From assembly GCA_030248215.1 (NCBI GenBank), contig JASANG010002537.1:372001-436000 (forward strand): 64,000 bases of DNA, in the 5' to 3' direction. The notes under the pieces are model-generated. The model had not been told where the DNA came from and ran no database searches. It worked only from the letters and a program-made list of their open reading frames with translations. Both the position numbers and the translations under genes were made by a program. Source of the DNA: Enoplolaimus lenunculus. Its lineage: Eukaryota. Positions 40,901 to 52,863 of the stretch are shown one piece after another (the stretch's first letter is position 1; each line of letters starts with the position of its first letter).

Positions 40901-42462
40901 GAAGCTATTGACGCAAGACAAACAAACGTTATTCAACGGATAGCTGCAGTATCGGATATATATCAGTAACGAATGTTGGCGGAGCGTGGGTTGAAAATAA
41001 ATAACAGTCCGTAACCGAATAACATGGGGGTACCTTCTCGAGAGGCCAAATAAATATCAGTTCCCCCATTACTACAATTTTTAAAATCGCTAATAGTAAT
41101 TTGTAACGCAAAATTCCATTTCCAATTCCATATACTGTTCATAAAATGTCTCAATTTACCACTCAACATATTTTAATTTTCTCAATTTCCCGTTGCTAGC
41201 ATTTTACAAAACCGTACTTGGAGAAAGGCGTGTCTAATTTCTAGACGGCGGGCGCAAGATAAAGTGGATGACGCATAAAGGTGAGTTCCAAACTTTAAAG
41301 CGTATTTAAGTTTTGAAAGTACATTTCTAAGTATAACATTGCATTATCGCTCAAGCTATTTACACAAGACAAATAAACAGTTTAATTCAATGGATAGTTG
41401 CAATAACGAATATATATCAGTAACGAAGGGTGGCGGAGGGGGGTTGAAAATAAATAACAGTCCGTAACCGAATAACAAGGGGGTACCCTCTGGAGAGGCC
41501 AAATAAATATCAGTCCCCCTTCTTATTCGGGTCACTACAGTACGCCCGTGGTGCTCATATAGATTAGGTACCAGGTATTTGGTCTCGTATTTTAAACTTT
41601 AGTCCAAACATTCCAACAATTCAAACGCTAGACCCAGCGTTTTCCGGCTCCATTGGACAACGAATTGGCTTGAGCGCTTGGGACGTGAAGAAAATTAACA
41701 AATTGTATGGATGTCCAGGTAAAAGACAATTAGTTAGGATCACAGCAGCGGATCCAAGATTTTTTTGAAAGTGGATGTTTACAATTGTATTTAAATATGT
41801 ATGTTAATGCCTACATCAATGCATAGGCAAATGGCTTGAAAGCACACGAGTCTTAATACTTAAAAACTGCACAACGCGGGGTTCGAAAACTAAAGTAGCT
41901 GAGTGTAATCGAAACTCTGTTAACGAACCTTTTTTAACATTTGTCAAAACGCTATTCACCACATCATTATAAACGATTCTTGATAAAACGCAAACCATTC
42001 ATAATTATGACTTGCAAATAAATTTATATGTTTGTATTTAGTAATTGTTGTTAGCGTTTGATTCAAATAATTTTAGCACCAATAATCTCGCAACCACCAT
42101 GCGCAGTTGACACTGATGTGGACAAATGTGCTCATTACGCAAAATCTAATCTTTGCGAACCCAGCTCGTTTGCTGACCATGTTCGCGCAAGATGTCCACA
42201 AATGTGTCGAGCTTGCATCAGGAATTCCGGATCAACCCTTGCTCCTCCTACACCGCCGCCCCCCGTTGTGATAACGAATCCACCGAGGACCACAGCACGT
42301 ACTGCTAGACCGTCACCAGAAGGAACAGAAAAACCTACAGTAGGACTACAGTTTTGTTTCAACATTATGCGAACTCATACTTGTGAAAAGAGGCGTTTTA
42401 TGGGCAAATGCAAACGACGAATAATTATGTGGAAATGTCGAAAAACTTGCGGATCTTGTTAA
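34940..42462 (+). CDS. Secreted astacin (M12A) zinc metalloprotease A with two ShK domains (379 aa); exons 34940-34972, 35865-36003, 36601-36725, 38280-38388, 40095-40326, 41603-41718, 42077-42462
   Basis: Signal-like MQNAVVLLLSLVMI, pro-peptide FEGDM, RYRW..GVLPY, TCIKI, GCWSHVG, zinc motif [19 protein letters not shown], Met-turn [22 protein letters not shown], then ShK - Pro/Thr linker - ShK. All junctions are GT-AG and in phase (1140 nt). Confidence 0.93.
36877..37324. mobile_element. TTAGGC-bearing GGCC MITE interrupted in its left TIR by a TA-TSD element (36888-37134)
   Basis: GGCCCATGT-TA-[CACTCAAAATAATATTTCTGA...TCAGAAATACTTTTTTGTGTG]-TA-CTTTAAGGGGCGT...AAGTAACATTGGCC. Outer TSD CGAAATTT/GGAAATTT. 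Confidence 0.85.
37939..38222. mobile_element. TTAGGC-bearing GGCC MITE with internally triplicated GGAATAGGCTCATCCATACGCTTA unit
   Basis: GGCCCATGTATAGAACACGGCTGGA ... TCCGGCCCTGTTCTATACGGGCC termini. Confidence 0.8.
40643..41540 (+). mobile_element. Composite 898-bp TA-TSD element in astacin A intron 5
   Basis: TIR CTGTAGTGACCC(A/G)AATAAGA at both ends. The paralogous empty site TTGCG-TA-CGCCCGTGG is present in astacin B intron 5 (about 51643-51658). Confidence 0.9.
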
Positions 42463-43622
42463 TCAGGGTTGTTTTTCTTCGGAAAAAAATTATAACCAAA
42501 CAAATAAATTTTTTCCATTTTTTCAGGAAAAAATGGGAAAATTTATTCTTTACCCTTAAACCAGAAATTCTTAGTAAAGAGGCAACAGATTTTTCAGAGA
42601 GGGCGAACAAAAATTTTTGAAACAAAAACTGTTTGAATGATTAAGTCGAAAACATTTTTCGGCTTGGAAGATCGCAGCTGTTCGTTGGGGCTGCGTCACC
42701 CACTCAGTTCCTGTTGTTGCGGGGCATGTTGTTAGCTGAATAACAAATACTAAACTTGATTTACTTGTTAATAGTTGAAGCTAACTGCCAGCAGTTTGGC
42801 TGTTTTGATGTATGTGTTTTTTGGGCCCTTAGAGGGGGGCTAAGTGGCTCAGGGGGCCTGGAAAAATTTGATCTTTTAATATAAAATTTTCAACCTTATT
42901 TGTAAGTTAACGAAAACACTAGTATGCCCCTCTTGAAAATACTTTATCCCCCGAGCAAGGTAAGCTCGCTGCGGGGCAAGTGCTTTCTCAATATATTAAG
43001 AATTCCTGGGAGCACAATATATATTCTTGAGGATTTAACGGAAGTGCAGAATACGGATCCGTAGGAATTTAATAAAAAGCTGCTATAATTTCTCGAACTC
43101 GACGTGCTGGATTTAACTGTAGCATTTTTAGGTTTGCAAGTCTTTGGTTGAAAAGTTTTGGTTTGTCAAGTTTTTGCTATATTAAAAAGCAGCCACCAAA
43201 AAATTACACAGTAAATAAACCTGGCGTGGCGCATAGTTTGTATATATGAAATTTAACCTAGTTTTGCATGCCATTCTTTCAAACCGTTGACAATGCCACG
43301 CTAAAATAGCACCGTAAATCTCAGATAGTTAGAATATGCTGTATTTCGTTAAATCCCTAGAGGATCCGGCCAGATTCCGCACCTCTTCGCTCAGATTTTT
43401 CAGCATCATGATAATATTATGAATACTTTGCCAAAATACCAACAACCAAACATTGTTTACTGATCTTCGCACAGTCAGGTAAAATAAATATCAGTTAAAA
43501 TTCGTCGTTAAACTGTAAATTTAGCTTTTATCCATAATGCAACAAAAATTTGTAAATTTGATCTTAAAATATCTATTTTCTATATCGAAAAATTTTAGAT
43601 TTTTTTGACACAACCTATAAGC

Positions 43623-43783
43623 TCGGCCCGTAGCCAAAGGGAAACAGGGGGCTCAGCAGACCCCCTGCTAAATTTTGTTCGAGTAGCAAATTTCAAACCT
43701 TGCTTGTAAGTAATCGAAAATCTTTGTATTCTACTAACTAAAACTTTAGCCCCCCAAGTAAAGGTGAGTTGGCTACGGGCCTG
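43623..43783. mobile_element. GGCCCGTAGCC-type MITE (relatives at about 13510-13660, 21615-21775, 27677-27843, 42820-42978, 48633-48790, 50789-50950)
   Basis: TIR GGCCCGTAGCCAA / TTGGCTACGGGCC with G/C-run interior. The body recurs at least 6 times. Confidence 0.7.
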
Positions 43784-44632
43784 TATACATAACTTTACTG
43801 TGATTAAAAGATATTTAGAAATTCATTTTAGCAAATTTATCAGTGATTTAAAAACTTTCTTACTTTAACGATTGTTCCGTTGAACAAAAATGAAAATATT
43901 GCAGCCAAAATAATTGGTATCCTTTTTTGTCATTTTTAACAATATAGCAACAAAAAATATCATAGCTTGAATTTATCTGTTTTTACGCAATTCACTTCAC
44001 GCTATTGATGGTAAATACTACTTTTACAAGTATCATAACGCAAGGTAAAATGCGAATTATAGCATAGAAATGTTTCTGGCGAATCTGGTTTTACAGGTTT
44101 ATATCGCTGGTTTTGGAAATCTATAGCTTTTATTTCATACCACGCAACAGATATACAAGAATTTGGATCGCGAATTTTTAGAATTAATCGCCAAGTTGTA
44201 CTGTGCTCCGGACACCATTTTCGCGATTTTCTAAAATTCAAATTTATACTTTAAAAAGTTAAATACAAAGGATTTTATTTAAATTTTGGACCAAAATCCG
44301 TAACAAACATGTTTAACTAAATTGAACGCAGTCATGAACAATTGTATAGGTAAATTCATCAATAATGGCGATTGTGGTCGAAGTTCTCAAAACACCGATG
44401 CTTGACTGTTTAGTTCATTGCGTGATTTCGCTTTTACTCCATTGAATTTCAATACATTGCTGGAAATATCGTTGACCTACTTCTGCAAACCAGTCGCTAC
44501 ATCTTGTCAATATTTTCAACGTTGTATGAATTTTTAGCAAAATTTTAACCAGTATTGCTGTCAGATTTACTGCGACAGAGCAAAACTTAACAATAACATC
44601 GTACAGTATAATTTCTGATATTGTTAAGTTTG

Positions 44633-44951
44633 GGCCAATGTTACTTTAAGGGGCGTAACAGTAGATGAAGCGTATTTCTAAGCCTGAGCCTAAGCCTAAG
44701 CACGGCAAAAATGTCTTCCTAAGCCTAAGCCTAAGCCTACGCCTGTGCAAAAAAATGTAATCTAGAATCTAAACCTAGTCTTTTATGGACACAACAGAAA
44801 CCTGGACGCCCCTTAAAGTAACATGGGCCATCTAAACCTAGTCTTCTACGGACCCAACAGAAACCTGGACGTCCCTTAAAGTAACATGGGCCATCTAAAC
44901 CTAGTCTTTTATGGACCCAACAGAAAACTGGATGCCGCTTAAAGTAACATG
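44633..44951. mobile_element. TTAGGC-bearing GGCC MITE with its terminal 63 bp tandemly triplicated
   Basis: GGCCAATGTTACTTTAAGGGGCGT start. 63-bp units begin at 44767, 44830 and 44893. Confidence 0.85.
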
Positions 44952-45175
44952 AGTAGTGAAATTTGTAGTGAAAACGCCCCACACTGCCAAAAGACATTGG
45001 CAGAATGACAGAAACGTATAGAATAGTAGTAACCAAAGATGATCAACACATATTGTACTGCTCAGTGGTTACAAGGTCGCTTTTAAGCTTGACAGTTTGT
45101 TGTAATCCACATTAAATTTGTAAAAGCAAGTTGGTATACTTAAATTTAAACATTTAAACACATATTCCCAAAATC

Positions 45176-48100
45176 ATGCGGATCACAGCTGTACTTTTGT
45201 TTAGTCAAGTAAGTTTACAATAATTAATAATTATCGCGGATGAGTTAGAATAATTGAGTTTTTGATATATGTGTCCTGCCGTTGTACAAGTGTACAAGCT
45301 ATTAAACATTGTGGGTGTGTAATTGAAAAAAAACGAGATGGATATATGAAAGTGGCAAACTTTTAGATATATGACATATTCGTTTTTGAGTCCTGCATTG
45401 AAAACGGGTAGCTTATAACACCTAACACCGATGGCCAATGTTACTTTAAGGGGCGTAACAGTAGATTAAACGTATTCCTAAGCGTAAGCCTCAGCGTAAG
45501 CGTTGCCAGAATGTGTTCTTAACCCTAAGTCTAAGCCTAAACCTAAGCAAAAAATGTAATTTAGAATCTAAACTTATTCTTTTATAGACCCACCAGGAAC
45601 CTGGACGCCCCTTAAAGTAGCATGGGCCACACCGATAAAGGCTATGATTTTGCATTTCAATGTATCTACACAGCACAAAATCATAGCCCAACTGAACATA
45701 CTACCAAACAGTGTCAACGAGTCAGATCCGATTCTGTCGCAGCTCTGCGGCCATATCTTGGGTTGTTTCACATTTTGGTCAATGTAAAGAACAGGGGCGG
45801 AACCGTATTATAAGCATATTTCTAAGCCTAAGGCTAAGCCTAAGCCTAAGCATAAGCCTAAGCCTAAGCGTAAGAAAGAGCGTATTCCTAAGCCTAAGCC
45901 TAAGTCTAAGCCAAGCAAAAAATTTATGTAAAGTTTACGTTTACAGTTTTCTAGTCCTACAGAAAAAATTTACGCCCCTGATCTTTACATGGGCCCACAT
46001 TTTTAACGCATGGTTGATAAATACAGAGCGTACATTTGGAACAGTGTTTTAAATCAAAACTGCTATATGAACTAAACACTTTCACAAGTGTCACCCATCA
46101 AACCTAAAATTAATAATTTTACAATGTTTCTATATCCAAATGTACATACAAAAACAAGTATATATGCAAGGGGAAACGGTAATCTGGTAAGATATCTGCC
46201 TAACAATTTTTTACTTTTTTATGCAGTTCGTGCAATTCCGTTCAAATTTGTAGTCTTGCGTTTACACACTAGTAAATTTTGTCTGCTCCGCTATTTCTAT
46301 GTCAACTGCGTGACTTCCATTGCTATATTACGTCAGTTTAAAACTGCTGGCGTATTGGATGCGTTAATATTCAGACAAAGGTTTTTACATACCAATACAG
46401 ATAATCCAAAGGTAAAATAACGAGTTGAAATTTGCATCTTTTGATCTATAGAATGTGTCAAGCTTAAAGCCCTATTCACATGTGAAAGTTTTTGCTGTGC
46501 GAACTTGCAGCTGCAAGTTACACTTGCAAGTAATTAATTAAAAATCATGACTAGGAATTTAGTTCACATGTGTGAACTGATCGTGAAGTTTGTTTCTCTT
46601 TTCTTCTTTTATTTGCACTCTTGCGAGTTTACGATTTATGCACTAGGGCTATAATATGCTAAACCAAAGGGGTGTATCATGAAGCCCAGAGATTAGCTCT
46701 TTTACCAAGCTTAGATCAATACAAGCAGAAAAAATGTATCAGGAATGATCATTAGCATTTTGGCCTCTCTCTCACTTCGCTCGCAAGGCTACTTCCACCA
46801 AATAGTGCAATTTCACCCCCCCCCCCATTCCCGTCAAAAATTCCCCGACCGCAACGGTAAAACACGGTTTATATTAAAACTTACGTTTTGTTTTCTTACC
46901 GAAAACAAAAATTACTGCAAGCGCACGCCCGTCAATACAGAGCCTGGGCCGGCAGAATTCGGGCTGGTTCCAACACTGACATTAACGCACCAAAAATAAT
47001 TTCCTTGGGTTAATGCGTTGCAAAATGCAGTTTTTGACTCGTATTGCAGTTGAAATTTCGAACATGTGGGTAATTGCCAGGATACCTAAACACATGACCT
47101 ATCATTTATAGATAATTCTGTATTATACCATTAGCAACAGTGCTGCATTTTTTGCCTTTACCTTCAAACAACCATACATTTTCAAGCATTGTAAAATGTT
47201 AGTTTCTCACGGCAGGTTTGGTTATTATAATTCGATAAAGTACATTTTGTGCTTAGAATCCTTGCAAATTTCAGATCGTCTTCAGTGATACCAAAAATAT
47301 TTTCGAAAATAAACAGTGTTCACACTGCTTCGAAGGTGATATGCGATTAAGTCCGGCACAAATGTATGATATTGAAGATCAAAAAGGTGGTCGAGCACAC
47401 GCAGCTATTAAAGGTCAGCCTTTACAGTTGTCATTTTTTGATATTTGAATTCGTGGAATACAAAACTCTACAATTGAGACGCAAAGGTTGTATAATGGTT
47501 TATTGTATTAAATTTTACTCATGGCAATGATAACCGTTTAAGTAGCAGATTTAGTGTAACAAACAGCAGGGTCGGTGCAAGCGTACAAGGCATCATCGAT
47601 ATAAATAGCTCGAGCCGAAGTTTTGAACTAACAAAAGGTTATCTGTTAATATTTGTGTTTCCTCGTTTCGGTCCATGCAAAGATCAACGTCGGAAAGTTT
47701 TTCGGCCAATGTAAAGAACACCGGCGGAACAGCATTATAAGCATATTCCTTAGCCTAAGCCTAAGCCTAAGTCTAAGTCTAAGCGTAAGAATGGGCATAT
47801 TTATAAGCCTAAGCTTATAAGTCTAAGCCCAAGCCAAGGAAAAATAGTCTAAAAGCTTAAGCTTACTCTATTGCAGTCCCACAGAAAAACGTTCCATCCC
47901 TGATCTTTACATGGGCCAGTTTTTCTGTGAGCTTAATAAGCTATATCCTAATTTTTTGTTTAGGCTTAGGTATAAGCTCATTCTTACGCTTAGCGTTTCG
48001 GTTTAAGCTATGGTTACGCTTAGGAATACGCTTATACTACTTTATACTACTGTTACAGCCTTGTTCTATGCATTTTCAGTTACTGTCTATTTCTAACATG

Positions 48101-51100
48101 TTTATTTGTCAATAAGCGGTAAAATCTTCTTACTCGTCAATTTGTTGCAGGCGACAGATATCGGTGGGACAACGGCGTTCTTCCGTACACATTTTCTAGA
48201 AGGCTAAGTTCAAAGGCGAAACAAGCAATTTACGATGCAATCAAACAATACGACAGATTAACGTGCATAAAAATTGTATTTCCTTTCTTTTATTAATTTC
48301 TTTTTTCGGGTTGGGTTGCACATAAAATGCAAATGCAAGACCGAAAAGCGCAATAGCTAGTTAATAGGGTACGAGTGTGTAGATCTGTGTTCATACGAAT
48401 TTTTGCAGTACATCTTGGGAATTTTTAAAATTACACTTTTAGTTCATCGACTTCTATTGTTGGAGTTTCGGTAATAAAAGAAAACGAAAATGTAATCTCA
48501 AACACGAATGATGAATATCAGAGTCGAATACTCTTTTTGTGTTTGTTTAGCACTATTCGACTGCAAAGTTTGATGGCTGTCGCTACACCACATTTCTCTT
48601 GCCTGAGAATTTCGGACCCTATTACTGTAGTGCAGATCCGTAGCCAGCTCACCTTGCTGGGGGGGGGTTAAAAATTTTAGGAGGGGCATACTTGTTTTTT
48701 GTCCACTTACTTGCAAAGTTGAAAATTTTCGAGGGGAGGGGGCTAAAAATTCCCACCCCTTGGCATCCCCCGGGCTCATGTTTGTACTAAGGGGCTCTTG
48801 TAATATAATTTTCATCCACATTTTCAGTTAATTCTAACTCGGGCGTCTCGCAGAACCGCAAATTCATGGCGAAACACGATATCTAGCCGCCTGTAGGAGG
48901 AGATTTGCTTTTTTCGAGACGTCCATATATATTTTAAACAATTCACCGTTTCTCACATGAATATTTCCAATTTCGCATGAGATGTAATTTCAAGGTGTGA
49001 TTCGATCCCCAGTCTCACGGGTGGGTGGCGTATACGATGACCACTGAGCTATAGGAGCTTGACGCTCGAGCCCGAGGGGGCTCTCAAGTCTTGTGGAGGT
49101 TTTGCACTGCGCATATATGTTATAAATGTTAAACACTGCTCACAGTGTGTGCATTGCTCGTACATTATTGTATTTAGCTGCTTATAGTATACTCTATGAG
49201 GGAAAGTGTTAAAAACTACAAGACCTATCATCAAGTGGTAATAGGTGCTACTGTAATAACATGAATACGAGAGAATGCTGATACTTATTTGGCCTCTCCA
49301 GGGGGCACTCCCTTGTTGTTCGGTTACGGACTGTTATTTAATTTTAACAAACTTTTTTTGTTTCTGATATATATTCGGTATTGCAACTATACGTTGAATT
49401 AAACGTTTATTGGTGCTGTATCAAAACCTAGAGCGATATATGCAAGGTTACACTCAAGAGTATACTTTCTAAAGTATGCTTTACAGTTTCGAACTCAAAT
49501 GTATTTGGTGCTGGAGTCAATGCACTACAATTTAGGATAATTGACATTTGTAAGCTCTAATTAGGGTAATAAGCAATCGTTGTTACCCGAAATTTTATCG
49601 CACTCTTCAAATGCTGTTTGCAAAGGCGGCACCGCTATTTTATATTTTTGTTATTTCAATCCAAACAGTCATATTTCGAGGCCATACGCCTTTTGTTTAA
49701 ACTGCTGCTCAGTATATCTATAGAGGATATAAATGAAATTGTGAAAAGACTTAGTAAATTATTCTATATATATACTGTCCGAATAAGAGGGGGTAACAAT
49801 AGGGGTCCCGATTTTGAGTCCAAATCAATAGGAGTCCGTATCCCTAATAAGAATCCGTAGGCGGATAGAGTCCGTAAACACCTTATTACATTCCATAAAT
49901 GTTAATTGTCCCTAATTGTAGTGCACAAATAACTCCAGGCCCAAACGAAGTTGAGTTCTTAACTATAAAGCATATATAATTAATGTTTGAAAGTAAATTC
50001 CTAAGTATAACCTTGCATTATCACTCGAGCTTTTGATATAAGACAAATATATGTTTCATTGGACGGGTAATTGCAGTACCAGATGTATATCAGTAACGAA
50101 GGGTGGCGGAGCGTGGCTTAAAAAGTAGCAGTCCGTAACCGAGTAACACGGGTACCCTCTGGAGAATCCAAATAAATATCAGCCCCCCTCTTATTCGGCT
50201 TACTACAGTTACTTTAGACGACTATAATAATTGACATTTTAGCGACCAAAACAGCGAAATGACAGAGTGTATGTTGAATTTTTTGAAAGTTTTGGCTGCT
50301 GGTCATATATCGGCAAACAAGAACCGTTTGGCAAACAGGAAATATCAATTGGTAACTCCACCCCTTCGCGCAGCCAGAAATAAAAAAGTTTTTTTTCGAA
50401 CGACCGTAGAAAGCGAAAATATCTTATCCGCTATGTCGTTTAAGGCGGTAGATAAGCTTTGTTTGGCATAGCCGTAGCTGTTTTGATTCAACGGGTTGTG
50501 TTCGTTATTCATTGTTAATTTTATACTTATCTGAACAGCAATAACTTTATATTTGTGTTGCATCATTTGCTACTACATTCTTAACCAGTTGTTATTAGGA
50601 AAACTTTGAACGTGGTTTAATACCTAATGCATATGTTTTGAAAACTTTAAAAATTCCGTATCTGTGGGCCGGCTACCAAACCAATCTAGCATATGGGAGG
50701 GTTTTTCGAGAGATCCAGGAAAAATCTTTCCGAAATTCTATTTAAGATTGCGTTTCCATATGCGTACTTCCGTTTAGGATCAGCTGCTGCAGGCCCGTAG
50801 CCAGCCCACCTTGCTAGGGGGCTTAAAATGTTTCAGCAGGGGCATTTAAAGGTTTTCAATGACTTGCAAGCACGCTTGAAAATCTAGGGATGTCCAAAAT
50901 TTTTCCAGGGGGGTCTGAGCCCCCCTCCTTGGCCCCCTTCTCTGGACAGTGGACGATATCATACAAAGAATCCCTCTGCACGGATGATGGAAGAGGGCCC
51001 GAATGCCATGATCGTGGCACGGTCTTTAAGTTTTGATTGAGCCTAAGCCTAAGCTGTATTTGGAAGTGTTCAAAATCCCTTGTTTTATATTTCTCTTACA

Positions 51101-52863
51101 GGCAAAGGCTGCGAAGACGTTGGGACGGTGACTCACGAAATTCTTCACGCACTTGGAATGTATCACGAACAGTCGCGACCCGATCGAGACAAGCACATTC
51201 GCGTTAATGTCAACAATATCAACCCACTCCAAATGGGAAATTTTGAAAAATATACAACCGAAATTGATACGTTAAATATGCCGTATGATTACATGTCAAT
51301 AATGCATTACGGACCGGATGCGTTTGCAAACGAGTAAGTTTCCATAAATATTTCCGGCTTTTATACACTTTTCTCAACATTCAAGGTTAAGGCGTAGGTT
51401 TAGAAAAATGCTAACCTTCGATAAATATTAAACTGAGGTTGATGCGATAAATATGACGTACGATTTATTGTACGTTAATAATACAATACGGACCGGACGC
51501 TTTTGCATAGAAGTAATCAGCATTTCGGGCAAAATCAATACAGCAGCGTTTTAACCCAGTTGGCCGGTTTGACAGTGTCTTGTTTCTAGCTTCTCCACAA
51601 ATTTTGGTACAGAATAGATTGCCATTGTTTCTGCCACTCCATTTGCGTACGCCCGTGGCGTTCATCTAGATTGGTCACCACGTATTTGGTCATCGTATTT
51701 GAAATTTTAGTCCGAACATTCCAACAATTCAAACGCTAGACCCAGCGTTTTCCGGCTCCATTGGACAACGAATTGGCCTGAGCGCTTGGGACGTGAAGAA
51801 AATTAACAAATTGTATGGATGCTCAGGTAAAGGACAATTATTTACCGTAGCCAGCGCCGTAATCATTAGGAATTTGTAATGGATTGGTCCGGGTTCAAAT
51901 CTTGGTCGTAGGATAAATTAAATTTGGTGCCTAACGGTTAATCTAGTTTGCAAATACATTCCTAAGAAGATATCCGCATTCAGACGTGTTACTCTATAGT
52001 TATGCAGTAAGTTTTTACTCCGCATGACACTGACGCCACGCTACTGCTGGGGTCTACATTAATGGCTCATGCAAATGGTTTTACAACGTTATATTCTTTA
52101 TCGTTTTGAGGGTTATAAACTTAGAGGTGGGAATGAGTTTACGATCTCCATTTTCTTTCTAAGTAATTTTGTAATTTTTACAGCATGTATTTAACAAGAC
52201 TTTCAGCCAAGTAATGGGTTTTCGGCAAAAATCCCGTCTCAGATTTTGGTACTATAGTAGTAACTCTAAAATGAATCACTCTCGTAGCAAAACACTATTT
52301 ATAAAGCAACGTTTTCGGTGTTTATCAAAACGCTATTCAGAATATAAATACAAAAACATTTTTAATACACTGAAAAACCTTGATGTATTTTTGACACGAT
52401 TCTTCAATAAAATTTGACAATAATTGAAATTTAATTAAATAATTTTTGTTAATATTTGATTAAAAAAATTTTAGCACCTGTGATCTCTCAACCGTCATGC
52501 GAGGTAAACACTGATATTGAAAAATGTACTCATTACGCCAAATCTGATCTTTGCGAACCAAGCTCATTTGCCGATTATATTCGTGCAAGATGTCCACAAA
52601 CATGCCGTGCTTGCATCGGGGCATCAGGTTCAACTGTTGCTCCCCGTATTCTCACACAACCGCCTCCTGTGGTCACAAATCCACCTAGAACCACAACACT
52701 TACCGCTAGTCCTCTGCCCGAATTTACAGCAAATCCTACAGCGGGGACTCGATTTTGTTTTAACATTATGAGAACTCAAACATGTGTAAAAAGACGTTCA
52801 AAGGGGAGATGCAGTCGACGGAAAATTATGTGGAAATGTAGGAAAACGTGCGGATATTGCTAG
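45176..52863 (+). CDS. Secreted astacin metalloprotease B with two ShK domains (380 aa); exons 45176-45208, 47275-47413, 48151-48275, 50243-50351, 51102-51333, 51711-51826, 52475-52863
   Basis: Exons 1-6 have the same sizes as gene A (33,139,125,109,232,116) and exon 7 is 389 bp. [29 protein letters not shown] and both 6-Cys ShK domains are intact. Confidence 0.93.
45433..45628. mobile_element. TTAGGC-bearing GGCC MITE with perfect 8-bp TSD
   Basis: ACACCGAT|GGCCAATGTTACTTTAAGGGGCGT ... ACGCCCCTTAAAGTAGCATGGGCC|ACACCGAT. Confidence 0.92.
45777..45995. mobile_element. TTAGGC-bearing GGCC MITE with perfect 8-bp TSD
   Basis: CACATTTT|GGTCAATGTAAAGAACAGGGGCG ... CGCCCCTGATCTTTACATGGGCC|CACATTTT. 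Confidence 0.92.
47704..47917. mobile_element. TTAGGC-bearing GGCC MITE inserted in opposite orientation into an older copy of the same family (about 47670-48075)
   Basis: Perfect TSD AGTTTTTC at 47696-47703 and 47918-47925. The host copy's termini are visible on both sides. Confidence 0.9.
48946..49208. mobile_element. Second copy of the piggyBac-type tRNA-containing MITE
   Basis: TTCA|CCGTTTCTCACAT ... ATGAGGGAAAGTG|TTAA. Same 263-bp length and shared core AGCTATAGGAGCTTGACGCTCGAGCCCGAGGGGGCTCTCA. Confidence 0.75.
49251..50208. mobile_element. Two oppositely oriented copies of the CTGTAGTGACCCGAATA MITE (partial about 49251-49570; near-complete 49775-50208)
   Basis: Both are homologous to 28400-28846 and form an imperfect inverted repeat in astacin B intron 3. 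Confidence 0.8.

Noticed and set aside
51846..51910. tRNA gene (B-box-like GGGTTCAAATC)
   Set aside because: No convincing cloverleaf. At most a decayed SINE fragment.
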